Below are positions 1 through 10,200 of a stretch of 64,000 nucleotides of DNA, piece after piece. The notes beneath the pieces were generated by a model. The model had not been told where the DNA came from and made no database searches. It saw nothing but the letters and a program-made list of their open reading frames with translations. Source of the stretch: a virus (Duplodnaviria; Caudoviricetes); the IMG/VR virus record IMGVR_UViG_3300011832_000025, one strand, 5' to 3'. A program made the position numbers and the translations under genes. Position 1 is the first letter of the stretch, and each line of letters begins with the position of its first letter.

Positions 1-375
1 CAACATAATCCCGTTATCCAGCAAATCCGGCGCATGCCCAAAACAGTCACCAATTTTTTTGGGGATTTTATCGCCCAAGAAGAACATGCGTATTTTCAGA
101 CGTTTCCGGAGCGTTTGGCGTATATGTCCGAACAGGCCAGCCTGTTGTTGGGTTTTTTTGAAAGCAATGTCTTAACACAGGGAAGCCCACAAAACCGCAC
201 GGATGCGGCTGAGCTTCTTGCCCAGTTTTTTCAACTGCCGCAAGTAGCAAAGCCGTTGGCTCTTGCCCACAGGAACTACACCAAAGATGTGTTAAAAAAG
301 GGCGTCTCCCAACGCCGCCACAAAACTCGGGTGGAACGGTTTACTTCCACGCCCAGCGTCCAACCACTGGTTTGA
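1..375 (+). CDS. hypothetical protein, 5'-truncated by the window edge
   Basis: Frame is open from position 1 through the ORF 34..375 and is followed by a hairpin terminator. Confidence 0.6.
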   Translation, partial: QHNPVIQQIRRMPKTVTNFFGDFIAQEEHAYFQTFPERLAYMSEQASLLLGFFESNVLTQGSPQNRTDAAELLAQFFQLPQVAKPLALAHRNYTKDVLKKGVSQRRHKTRVERFTSTPSVQPLV

Positions 376-383
376 AAAGAGAT

Positions 384-413
384 AAAAAAACACCTCCACT
401 GTGTGGAGGTGTT
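384..413. terminator. bidirectional intrinsic terminator
   Basis: AACACCTCCAC-tgt-GTGGAGGTGTT hairpin between two convergent genes. Confidence 0.75.
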
Positions 414-417
414 GATG

Positions 418-2604
418 TTATTGTTTTTTACGGCTGGCTTTTTTCTGACTCGGAGGTTTTGCGCTGTCCCGTATTTGCGCATAAATGGGATGGCGTTTTT
501 TGGGGATGGCTTCGATTAAATAAGATGCTATGTTTGTAATATAACTTCCATAGGCGTACTGTGCTAATTCTTTAGTATTAACAGCTTGTTTTGAGTTGGA
601 TTGGCCCACATTTAAAATGATATTTCTCTTGGATAAAAATTCGTAATCATCAAAGTCGTCACCTTTAAATAAAGGTTGAAGAGGCTTCATGATGTTGACC
701 CACATGCCGTGGTGATTGTTAAGGCAATAACTTAAACCGCTGGAAAGACTATCTGCATTTAAATAGCCGCACAATGGATCATACGCTTCATCTCTGCTAT
801 GTTTTTCCAAGCTGTCAATGATATTATCTAATGATTGGGGCGGGGCTCCAAAGATTTCACTATCACGTATTGCTGCTAAAAAGGAGAAATCATTTCGTTC
901 AAGAGCTCTTGCTAGATTTTTTGCAATATTTAACAAAAGATCTTGTTTATCACTAAAGGTCAACGTGGATTGAATATCATATTTTTCAATTAGTCGCTTT
1001 TCTTCAGCTTTATCGTATTGATAAACACGTTTTTGTGAGGGCAAACTTTCGATACTGTCTTGGATATTTTCCAAGTTTTTGATGGTCAGGTATGCAGTGT
1101 GAAATTCCTTAGTAATGTTTGAACCTTCAAAGGTTTGCTCATGAATTTTAATTTTTTGAGTCAAAATTTTGCAACTGTTTGCAAGGTTTAACAGCCCTTG
1201 GATATGTGCATCACTGTATTCATTATTTTCACCAACCAGATGGGGAGGGAAATTGTACATGTAGTTTGAAATAGCGTTTGAGAGGGCTTTCAAATACGAT
1301 GTGAGTTTAACCTTGCCATCTCCATGGATGGAAATACACACCTGTTCATCGGCCAAGAAATCCACCATTGTTGTCAAATTTTGAAGAATATCCAAAGAGA
1401 ATTCTTTGAGCGGGTGGGTTGCGTTTTTTAGTTCTTCTTTGCGTTGATAAAAACCCAATGTGTCACACCCTAATGACGCCAAATTTGAGTGCAGAAGTGT
1501 TTCTGCTACATACGATGAAGGGTTTTGTTCACTCAAATAAAAAATTATGGGGTACAAGGAAAAAGCCTCAACTGCTTTTTGTTTTTGCATGTCATCCCAT
1601 TTGTCCCATCCCAATGTTTGGATTAAAGCTTTGCCATCAAATTTGCTTTTGTTTTGATTTTCAAGCAAATTCGTAATAGGGAAAAAACCTCCATGGAGAA
1701 TGTGGCTTTTAACACTGTAGGCGTGATATTCAGTTTGATATTCGGTTTGCTTCAAAGTTAATTCCAAAGCGTGGCATATTTTGGCCAATGTGCTGAGCTG
1801 AGATTTATTGGATATGTCGGTGTTTAAAGAAGCCGCACAAATATATATTTCCTTTGTCTGGCTGTTGATGTAACACGAATCGGATCGATAAGATCCGGCA
1901 ATTGTACCGTGTGCCATGGATTGAGAAGAGCGTGAATCAATAACTGCCGCTACAGTTCCGGTTGTTTCATCCAGTCGATAAATTACGGTTTTTTTGCGGG
2001 CTGAAAGTTGTTCCACAAGATAGTGGCCTAACGTTCCATACATCTCTTTAAACTGTTTGTTTTTGGAGCGAACGTGATACTCTTTAATATCTTCCAAATG
2101 ATTTTTTGATGCTACATACATCCACAAGTCCGCCAGTTGCTCCAATCGCACAGAAGCCATACACTCATCAATGATATCGACCCCTAAAACTCCTCCAAAG
2201 ATAGAGCGAATATATTCTTTATCTTTTTGATTTAAGTCGCTGTATTTGCTTTGATGAATATTGCGATACCCTTCGTTTTTAAAAAACTCTTGCAAAAAAA
2301 CATGAGCATCAAATTGTGCCTGATCATGGCGCGCAACAATTCCTTTTAAAACAGATTTATAAGATGCCGTTTTATGTTCAAAACCAAGTTCTAGATAGTG
2401 GAACAATGAAAGGTCTTCTTCACTGAGTTCATTTTGTAAAGATGAACTGTCAAAAAATTGGTATTTATTTTTAAGTTTTATGTATTCTGACTTTAATTTT
2501 GCGAATTCTGTTTCGGAAATATCCCCACTGTTTGCAGAGAGAACCGTTTTCTGGACTTTGAGGGCAAGCACTTGTAAATCATGTGATATATTCGATTTTG
2601 ACAT
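418..2604 (-). CDS. AT-rich hypothetical protein, 728 aa
   Basis: Long ORF with lower GC than its surroundings; no family recognised; basic C-terminus KKASRKKQ. Confidence 0.85.
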   Translation of the reverse strand: MSKSNISHDLQVLALKVQKTVLSANSGDISETEFAKLKSEYIKLKNKYQFFDSSSLQNELSEEDLSLFHYLELGFEHKTASYKSVLKGIVARHDQAQFDAHVFLQEFFKNEGYRNIHQSKYSDLNQKDKEYIRSIFGGVLGVDIIDECMASVRLEQLADLWMYVASKNHLEDIKEYHVRSKNKQFKEMYGTLGHYLVEQLSARKKTVIYRLDETTGTVAAVIDSRSSQSMAHGTIAGSYRSDSCYINSQTKEIYICAASLNTDISNKSQLSTLAKICHALELTLKQTEYQTEYHAYSVKSHILHGGFFPITNLLENQNKSKFDGKALIQTLGWDKWDDMQKQKAVEAFSLYPIIFYLSEQNPSSYVAETLLHSNLASLGCDTLGFYQRKEELKNATHPLKEFSLDILQNLTTMVDFLADEQVCISIHGDGKVKLTSYLKALSNAISNYMYNFPPHLVGENNEYSDAHIQGLLNLANSCKILTQKIKIHEQTFEGSNITKEFHTAYLTIKNLENIQDSIESLPSQKRVYQYDKAEEKRLIEKYDIQSTLTFSDKQDLLLNIAKNLARALERNDFSFLAAIRDSEIFGAPPQSLDNIIDSLEKHSRDEAYDPLCGYLNADSLSSGLSYCLNNHHGMWVNIMKPLQPLFKGDDFDDYEFLSKRNIILNVGQSNSKQAVNTKELAQYAYGSYITNIASYLIEAIPKKRHPIYAQIRDSAKPPSQKKASRKKQ

Positions 2605-2792
2605 GTTGTAGTTCTGAGTTTAGGTTCATAAATTTTATCATGGAAGAAAATATTAACAATATTTAGTATCGATCGGTGGTCAGTACTCTCCATATCCGTG
2701 ACCCACCTCACAGTTTTTCAGTGATCCCACCAACCCCCACGCCAATACCCATCAACGTTCCCCATAGCCCACCGTCACCCCAAAAGAATTCA

Positions 2793-2821
2793 TTGACACA
2801 CCACCCCATCCTCTGTAAACT
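2793..2821 (+). promoter_or_regulatory. sigma70-type promoter for a noncoding transcript
   Basis: TTGACA-N17-TAAACT; no credible protein-coding gene follows before the terminator at 3589. Confidence 0.7.
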
Positions 2822-2827
2822 CATCGT

Positions 2828-3612
2828 GCAAAGAAAATAAAGGACTGTACTCACCCTTTATGGAATTTGCATTGTACAGTACATGGATATGCTGGACCTA
2901 AAAGAAACAGATGGGTTGTATCCAGGCGTTTCTGTTGTTTTCAAAAATGATTGAAGTTAAGTTATCGATGTTGTTATGGCTTATGCCGTGACATAAGTCA
3001 CGATAACGCTAACAACATACTATTTTTGAAAACAAATAACACCGCGCGTTTTTGATGAAAGTGTATTGATATAAAATTTTACTTGACTTTTTTTCAATCA
3101 AGTTTATATTTTTTATGTTGAATAAATTCAACATAAAAAACCTTTGGCGGAGAGCGTCAACGGAATACCGATAATTGTATTATCTGTATAAAATAGCGCA
3201 TGAGGATTCAGTGTTGCACATAAACGGTTGACCCAATTAAAGCAACAATTGAAACCATTGAGGGTAAAGCAAAATACCGCTGAAATTCTCTAAAGAATTG
3301 AAAAAGCAACCGGCTTTTTCATGTCATGCGTAACAACGCGTTATCCCGGATTTGTTTTATAGATCCTGGTAAAAAAAGTAAGGATTATGAAATAGTTTGT
3401 ATTGTTTTTTAAATTATTTCCTATTTTTATCAATGCGGTTTACAAACATGAATTTTGATGGATAAAATGAGTGCTTGTACATGAAAAACTCTAGGAGGCG
3501 ACCAACCGGATGAAAGCGAGCGTCTCCCAGCTGCCCACGCAGTCTGTGCCCACGGCACGTGAAAATGGTTTTCCGGATCTGAGTACACAAGGCGCCTCTG
3601 GCGCCTTTTTCT
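2828..3612 (+). ncRNA. candidate large structured RNA (~780 nt) containing an ORF-less copy of the TnpB-element scaffold
   Basis: Bounded by a promoter and terminator; closing stem TGTACTCA (2846-2853)/TGAGTACA (3580-3587); many hairpins whose G-U pairs work only on the + strand. Confidence 0.6.
2870..3490 (+). mobile_element. non-autonomous, ORF-less relative of the TnpB element at 22158-24061
   Basis: 2866-2936 matches the reverse complement of 23996-24065 at 62/71 nt; same order of helices; right boundary inferred by analogy. Confidence 0.6.
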
Positions 3613-3616
3613 TTTT
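3589..3616 (+). terminator. intrinsic terminator
   Basis: AAGGCGCC-tct-GGCGCCTT followed by a T tract. Confidence 0.85.
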
Positions 3617-3680
3617 GTTGCCCTCCCACTCCCCTCCCAATTCGTGCTACACTAACGGCATCTTCCCCAAAGATCTCTGT

Positions 3681-4142
3681 ATGGACGCCGTCTTTTATTT
3701 TCACTTTTACGCCCAGAACAATGATTTTACACCTACGCGTTCGTTGGCGTTTTACGCCACCAATATTACAACACCGTGGGACGAATTGGATTGGAAAATG
3801 GGCTACTCCGAAGGCGACATTGAAGCCCAGTACGGCGAGCACTGTGGATTGGTGGGGCTGACGATTGAATCAAGCGGAACCAAACTCATTGGGTACAGCA
3901 CTTCAAAAATCCATGAACAACAACGCGGGCCGCTGATGAACGTGTGGCGCGCCACGTTTTTGGAGATTGACCCCGGCTGTGTGGTCGGTGAGGTGTATGA
4001 TGTCACAGATATGGTTGGCACCGTGGATATCTATCGATACGTGAAAGACGCTTACGAACACCAGCAAGCCCAACAATTGCGTGGCACGTTAAACGCACAC
4101 ATCACAACCTGTGCCTCACCCACCGCCACGAAGAAAATGTAG
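3681..4142 (+). CDS. tandem paralog family A, copy 1 (C-terminal KKM tail)
   Basis: MDAVFYFHFY start shared with the neighbours; extended -10 GTGCTACACT at 3644. Confidence 0.85.
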   Translation: MDAVFYFHFYAQNNDFTPTRSLAFYATNITTPWDELDWKMGYSEGDIEAQYGEHCGLVGLTIESSGTKLIGYSTSKIHEQQRGPLMNVWRATFLEIDPGCVVGEVYDVTDMVGTVDIYRYVKDAYEHQQAQQLRGTLNAHITTCASPTATKKM

Positions 4143-4150
4143 GAGAATCC

Positions 4151-4651
4151 ATGGACGCCGTGTTTTTCATTTCATTTTATAAGCCCAACAAAAAGGATGG
4201 AGAGGATCCAATCTCGCACCACCTGGGCTTTTGCATCGGCAATCTGACACAACCATGGAATGAGATCAGAAAGACTGTTTATGAGTGCGAAGAGCAACTG
4301 GAACGCAAATATGGCCCAACCAGTTGGATGGGCGGCGGGCCGTCCAAACGCGTCAATGTCGTTTGGTACCGGTCGTACGAATTGAACGATTGCCATCATG
4401 GTGAACTGATGGAACAGTGGCGTCAGGCCTTTTTGCGCATCAGTCCCGGCTGCACGGTCAGCGATGTGTTAACCTTGAACCTCAACACACTGGCGTCGGT
4501 AACGGATATAAGTGAAGACGCACAGACATTTTCACGCGTCAAACAGGAGTACGAACACCAAGAAGCCGAGCAATTGCGCCAGAAACTCACCGGACTTGTG
4601 TTGAACACCCATGTGCCCACCAAGCGCTCCACTGCGGTTAAGAAAATCTAA
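4151..4651 (+). CDS. tandem paralog family A, copy 2
   Basis: AGGAG RBS; MDAVFF...WRQAF...PGCTVS...EQLR...KKI. Confidence 0.85.
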   Translation: MDAVFFISFYKPNKKDGEDPISHHLGFCIGNLTQPWNEIRKTVYECEEQLERKYGPTSWMGGGPSKRVNVVWYRSYELNDCHHGELMEQWRQAFLRISPGCTVSDVLTLNLNTLASVTDISEDAQTFSRVKQEYEHQEAEQLRQKLTGLVLNTHVPTKRSTAVKKI

Positions 4652-4659
4652 GAGAATGT

Positions 4660-5109
4660 ATGGACGTGATCCTTTATTTGCAATTTATCCATCCGCGCCA
4701 AGAGGTCTCAACGCGCGCGTTGTCGCTGTACGTCACCAATAGTGGCACAATGTGGGGACAATTGAACGCAGATGTTTTATCGTCCACCACCAATGTCAGC
4801 GCTCAATACGGTGAGATTCGTCCAATAATGTCCTCATCGAGAATGAGCATCATCAGTTGTATGTCTTTGGAAATTCACGATGTCCAAACCCAAGACCAAT
4901 GCATGCAAATGTGGCGGGAAACAGTGATGCAAAAAATTCCGGGCTGTGTGATCAGTGATGTGGTGGATGTGACCGATGCCTGCGGTTTCGCTGAAATTTG
5001 CGAACACACCCACCGCACGCACGAACAACAGCAAGCCGAATGTTTGCGCACGACCCTCACCACTCATGTCACAGCACCCGCCAGTGTGGCACCGTCCAAA
5101 AAACTCTAG
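4660..5109 (+). CDS. tandem paralog family A, copy 3
   Basis: MDVILY...WRE...PGCVIS...EQQQAECLR...KKL. Confidence 0.85.
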   Translation: MDVILYLQFIHPRQEVSTRALSLYVTNSGTMWGQLNADVLSSTTNVSAQYGEIRPIMSSSRMSIISCMSLEIHDVQTQDQCMQMWRETVMQKIPGCVISDVVDVTDACGFAEICEHTHRTHEQQQAECLRTTLTTHVTAPASVAPSKKL

Positions 5110-5117
5110 GAGACATC

Positions 5118-5564
5118 ATGAACGCCGTGTTTCATTTTCACTTTTACGACCCCAGCGATGATTTTACGCCCGTGCGCTCGTTGGCCTTTTACGCCACCAA
5201 TATGACCACAACCTGGGAACAATTGGATGAGACAATTGCCGTTTGCGCCGAAGACATGGACGCCAAATACGGCGAACACTGCGCGTTGATTGGACGTTCT
5301 GATCTTAACACCATCGGGTACGCCTCTTCGCACTTTGAAGGAACCCGCCAAGACCAAGTGATGGAGGCCTGGCGCAATGTTTTTGTGCAGAGAATTCGTG
5401 GTTGTGTGGTGGGGGATGTGTGCGATATCACCAGTGTGGACAATCTCAATGAAATCTTTCAACGCGTCCAAGACGCTTATGAACAACAGCAAGCTCAACT
5501 GTTGCGCGACCGATTGAATGAGCATGTCACAACACCCCAGACCGCCCCCCTCAAAAAAATGTAA
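5118..5564 (+). CDS. tandem paralog family A, copy 4
   Basis: AGGAG RBS; closest to copy 1 (DFTP.RSLAFYATN); ends KKM. Confidence 0.85.
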   Translation: MNAVFHFHFYDPSDDFTPVRSLAFYATNMTTTWEQLDETIAVCAEDMDAKYGEHCALIGRSDLNTIGYASSHFEGTRQDQVMEAWRNVFVQRIRGCVVGDVCDITSVDNLNEIFQRVQDAYEQQQAQLLRDRLNEHVTTPQTAPLKKM

Positions 5565-5574
5565 GGAGCACCCT

Positions 5575-6039
5575 ATGGACGCTGTATTTTATTTTTCGTT
5601 TTACATTGACACCTCTGACGACGATGATGAATACAACACTCTCACTGTGGGGTTTTACGTCAGCAACATTCGCAAACCGTGGAGCCAATTGGAAGAGGAT
5701 CTCGCTGATGTGGCCTCTGAGTTGGAGATGGAGTACGGTGTGCACGACTGGGGAACCTTGTCGGGCGCGAACGCTATTGGGTACCACTCCTCTGAGGTGA
5801 AAGAGGAGCACTGCGACGAATTGATGGAGCGGTGGCGCCAAGCGTTTATGGAGCGCGACCCAGGTTGTGTTGTCAGCGCGGTGTTTGAAGTCCCCAATAT
5901 GGGGGACATGAACGACGACGCCGACATTTTGCAATACATAAAAAACGCCCAGGAACAACAGCAGGCCCAACAGTTGCGCGACACCTTAAATCAACATGTG
6001 GCGAACAGGGGTTCTGTCGTCGCGCCCAAAAAGATGTGA
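5575..6039 (+). CDS. tandem paralog family A, copy 5
   Basis: AAGGAG RBS; MDAVFYFSFY...PGCVVS...KKM. Confidence 0.85.
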   Translation: MDAVFYFSFYIDTSDDDDEYNTLTVGFYVSNIRKPWSQLEEDLADVASELEMEYGVHDWGTLSGANAIGYHSSEVKEEHCDELMERWRQAFMERDPGCVVSAVFEVPNMGDMNDDADILQYIKNAQEQQQAQQLRDTLNQHVANRGSVVAPKKM

Positions 6040-6067
6040 AATTGTATTGCAACCATTGAGGTTTTTT

Positions 6068-6493
6068 ATGTCCAGCGTTTTTTATATAAATTTTAGACCG
6101 CACCATCATCATGTGACATATGTTGGGTTTTATATTGACCATGCAACACCCTGGAATGAGCTTGCAGATGATCTGATGGCATGTATGTATGAACTGGAAA
6201 AAACCTATGGGGTTTTTGATTGGACAATCAGTGAAACACATGGGAACATTTTTGGGTGCGTTTCCCATTTGGCCCCCTCAAAGCATGAAGACGTGGTGCG
6301 CGCCATCCGTCAAACCCTTCACAATTGCACACTGGGTCCGGTGTGCACAACAAACGCTTATACAATGCAGACGCAAGAAATTCTGCGCACCACCGCCCAA
6401 GCGTACGAAGAACAAAAGATCGAGCAGTTGCGCGCTCAGTTGCACGCACATATTGGCACGGTTGCGTCTATTGGACAACCCAAAAAGATGTAA
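6068..6493 (+). CDS. tandem paralog family A, copy 6 (divergent)
   Basis: MSSVFYINF...TPWNEL...YG...EQLR..L..HI...KKM. Confidence 0.8.
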   Translation: MSSVFYINFRPHHHHVTYVGFYIDHATPWNELADDLMACMYELEKTYGVFDWTISETHGNIFGCVSHLAPSKHEDVVRAIRQTLHNCTLGPVCTTNAYTMQTQEILRTTAQAYEEQKIEQLRAQLHAHIGTVASIGQPKKM

Positions 6494-6659
6494 TAGTGCA
6501 TCACGTAAAGAAAATTCTTCCAAAAGCAACGAAATTCCGTTGCTTTGGCAAAAGCAACACAATTGTGTTGCTTCAAGCAAAGAAAGATGTTTTCCCACAG
6601 TGTTGTTGCGTTTTATGCGTAAGGCTTTACACTCGCCCCAAACCTTCCAAGGATGACCC

Positions 6660-7106
6660 ATGCTCAAATCTCTGGCGCTAACGTTAACACTGCTCCCTCT
6701 CACCGCTGCAGCCTCTCCCCAGTGGTTGTTGGTCAAGCAAGACAGCCAATCCACCTTGGCGGTGTTGCCACAACCCCAACCCGACGACCCACCCCATGTG
6801 ACATCTGCTGTGCTGTTGGAAATGCTGCCGCAAACCGCGACCACAAAGGGCAAAGCGATCGATTACTTTTATTTTTTCATGCGCTTTGATTGTTCGGTGG
6901 AAAACCGCGCGCAACTCAAAGCCATCAACGCATTCAATCTGCGCGAAAGCGAACCGGTTGTTGCATTGGAGGTCGATGGCCCCATGATCGATGAGTTCGG
7001 CCAAGCCAACGAATGGAGTATCGCGTGCAAAAACACACCCGGCACTGTATTGGGAAACGAAGAGGATGTGCGCAAAATGATTCAACAATATCGCGCGCCC
7101 CGATAA
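6660..7106 (+). CDS. exported protein, possibly surface-adhesin-E-like; paralog of 43174..43618
   Basis: Signal peptide; W...DY....FDC...W..AC pattern. Confidence 0.7.
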   Translation: MLKSLALTLTLLPLTAAASPQWLLVKQDSQSTLAVLPQPQPDDPPHVTSAVLLEMLPQTATTKGKAIDYFYFFMRFDCSVENRAQLKAINAFNLRESEPVVALEVDGPMIDEFGQANEWSIACKNTPGTVLGNEEDVRKMIQQYRAPR

Positions 7107-7208
7107 GACAAGGTGTAATAATCAATAAAGATTGGTGTTGTGGTTTTTGGGTTGAATGGAGTTGGGCAATGAAATGGACGGTGGTGTATTATATGATATA
7201 ATACAAAA

Positions 7209-10200
7209 ATGTATTTCAATAAGACAAATACCATGAATGTGGAAACCATTGTAAAAAATCACTTTACCCCTCAAGAAACTGAAGTCGTGGGGGGTAAACT
7301 CCCCGCATTCCAACGCTTTTCTCAAACATCCAAAGCGGCGTGGGCGAGAACCTCGGAAGGCGATTTTGTTTCGATACTGGCACGCGAATTGGCGGTTCTT
7401 AAAATTTTCAATGGCGTGACACAAATTGTTGTTCAGCGCATGCAAAATGCACAGTTGCTGGGGTCAGACGTTTCTGTCGGGGCAACGATAATGGAAAGCG
7501 AATTTCATAAAATGACCCAAACCGTGTTGTTCGAAATTCTCAAGCATTTGCGAACCGTAAATTTTGTCGCGGATCATAAAATTGCCAATACGTTTATGGA
7601 AGAGGTTGCTGAAGTTGCCCAAAAGCATGCAAAACCAATGTCGAATTTTGCGCCGGCTCCCGGAATAAAAATGGTTCCCGTTGCGGATTTTGCGTCCCCG
7701 CTGGATTTAATGAACGCAAACAATAATCCGTTTTTCAACCAAATACTCACCGAAAGCCTGGCAACATTTTGCAAGCAAGCCTCGGAAGAAAAAATAATAT
7801 CCGCTTGGAATTTTCTCAGCGACACACTTCCCCGTACAATTCAACGCTATGAAATATGTTTGGCGGAATGTGCGTCCAACAACTTATTGGATGTGGTGAA
7901 GAATAATATCGATTATGTTGGAAAGGCGTTGAATTTTAACGAACACGATCATGCGGTTTTTTTATTCTTGCGCCGCATGTCTGCTTCCCGCCCTGAATTT
8001 GAAATAGCGTTTAAGAGTTTTCAAGAAATTTTGTTGTCGGCCGTGGACAACGCAAGCGAAGTTCCCAGCGGCACCACTCAAAATCTTGTACGTGCAGAGA
8101 GCAAACTCTCCACATTGGGGCTGTTGGAACCCGCAAAAAAGATGGAGTCATCTCGAGTGTGGGGTTTAATGTCGCAGCAGTTTATTCAAGCGACCGAAAA
8201 ACAGTACGACACTCCTTCTGAATTGTTCTTCCAGTTGTCGGAAAAAACATTGCAGATTGTGCCCCGTAGCTCCGATTTGGACGTTCAACATTTCAAACAC
8301 ATGTCCAACGATTTTAACAATTTGGCCATTGCATTAGCCTCCCACACACCATTAAAAATTTTGCTGTGTGGCAAACAAGGTTCGGGCAAGACTGCTGCAT
8401 TGCACACAGCCTTACCGACACAGCGTGCATTTGCTGTTCTTGAATCATCTGAGGTGGCAAACGCCAAAAATGGATCGTTGAAAAAGATGCGAACCTACGC
8501 GCCACTGTGTGGAAATCCTGTATTGCTCATTGATCAAGCTGATGAAATTATTGCGAAGGAAAAAGACGGAACAACATCCTTAATCAAAGAACAAACAGAT
8601 ATCCCGACCACCGAAGTGTGGGTGGTGAGTGATCTTAAAAAAGTCCCCGCTGAAGCCATGAGCGCGTTTGATTTGGTGGTGACCATTCCTCAAATGCCGT
8701 TGGACCAACGTCTGCAATTGTCCAAGCAGTTGTTCGAAGACACCTACGTTGCCGAACAAGTGGCCAAAACCTGCGTCACCCCCAATGAAATTCAACGCCT
8801 GCACCATTGGTCACAAATCAGTGGGCAAACACAATGGAAAGAATTGTCAATTAAAGCCAGTGGGTTGCAACAAGCGTTGGTGAAAGCGGGAACCAGCAAT
8901 CAAGAATTGCCCTTGACCGTTGTCTCCCCCAATGAAAACACCGCGGGGTTTGAAAACGTGGTGGGTTGCGACGGGATTGTGCAACAAGCTCGCGCCGCCA
9001 TTTCCTGTTTCCGCAACCCGGAAAAATTCAAAAAATTGGGCGGCAAAGTGCCCAAGGGGTTATTGCTCACCGGCGCACCCGGAACCGGGAAAACCCATCT
9101 GGCCCGGGCCATGGCCCACGAGGCGGGGGTGCCGTTGGTGTGCGCGTCGTCCTCGGCCTTGGCCCGCAACCCCGAACTGATTGGGGTGGCGTTTGAAGAA
9201 GCCAAACGCCAAGCGCCGTGTATTTTATTCTTGGACGAAGTGGACGCCATTGGCGCCACCGCCGAACAAAGAAACGGCGCGTCGGCCGATCCCCAGCGCC
9301 AAGCCATTCTCAACCGTTTTCTGGTGGAACTGAGTGGTTTTGATGATCTGTCGCAAGTGTTGGTGATCGGCGCCACCCACCGCCCCCATGTGTTGGACGA
9401 TGCTTTGAAGCGGTCGGGGCGTTTGGGCTGGAATATTGACTTTGAGCAACCGCGACGCGACGCCCGCGAGCAGTTGTGGAGGCATTACGGTCAAGACATG
9501 CAAACCTCCAACATCGATTGGCCGCGGGTGGCGCGGATCTCGGTGGGGATGTCGCCCGCGGACATTGCCGAAGCGGTCAACCGTTCCGCGCTCAACGCCG
9601 CCATGGACAACGCCGATTGCGTGGAAACCAAACACCTCATTCGCGCCGTGGACCAAGTGGCCTGGGGCATTGAGGGCACCCGCAATTGCACCGACGCGCA
9701 AATTTACAACACCGCCGTGCACGAGGCGGGGCACGCGTTGTTGGTGTGGGCCCACAACATCACCGTCATGGACCAAATTTCGGTGAAACCCTCCAACGGC
9801 CATTTGGGATTTGTCCGCCATTTCCGCGACGAAGACACGATTGGAACGACCCACGCAGAGATGTCCCACCGCGTGGAAATAGCTTTTGGCGGGTTGGTGG
9901 CCGAGGAAGTGGTGTTGGGGCAACGCTCCGCCGGCGCGGTCGCGGATTTGAAACAGATCCGACGCACAATTGCGCAAATGTTCCGCGACGAAGGAATGGG
10001 GTCAGCCGTGATGGGCGCCGACTGGATCACTGCATCCCCGGATACGCAAAAAATGATCGAAGACGAAGAGTTGGCGTTTGCCAAAAAGCGCAAAGACAAT
10101 GTGATCAAATTGTTTGAACACAACAAAGCGTTGATTAAAATGGTGGCCAATCAATTGGTGACTCACCGAGAAATGTCTGGGGAAGAATTTGAAGCGTTTT

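Noticed and set aside
2881-2890. CsrA/RsmA binding site (ACATGGA in a hairpin loop, also at 24041-24050 on the minus strand)
   Set aside because: It fits the ANGGA consensus, but the same bases are predicted to form the pseudoknot with TCCA; the two cannot be distinguished from sequence alone.
3083-3140. Internal promoter TTGACT-N16-TATATT with a 15-bp palindromic operator
   Set aside because: These are equally explained as hairpins within the structured RNA, and no ORF follows; left unresolved.
3200-3413. Degenerate or TGA-recoded ORF inside the ORF-less element
   Set aside because: Short, interrupted by TAA and TGA, no similarity to TnpB, and other genes in the window use TGA as stop.
3484-3497. 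14-nt match AAAAACTCTAGGAG to 5099-5112 as a guide-target pair
   Set aside because: A-rich, overlaps the inferred element end, and the target lacks the TTTG motif; probably chance.
2828-3612. RNase P RNA, tmRNA or group II intron
   Set aside because: No GAGGAAAGUCC P4 motif, no tmRNA-type termini and no domain V consensus.
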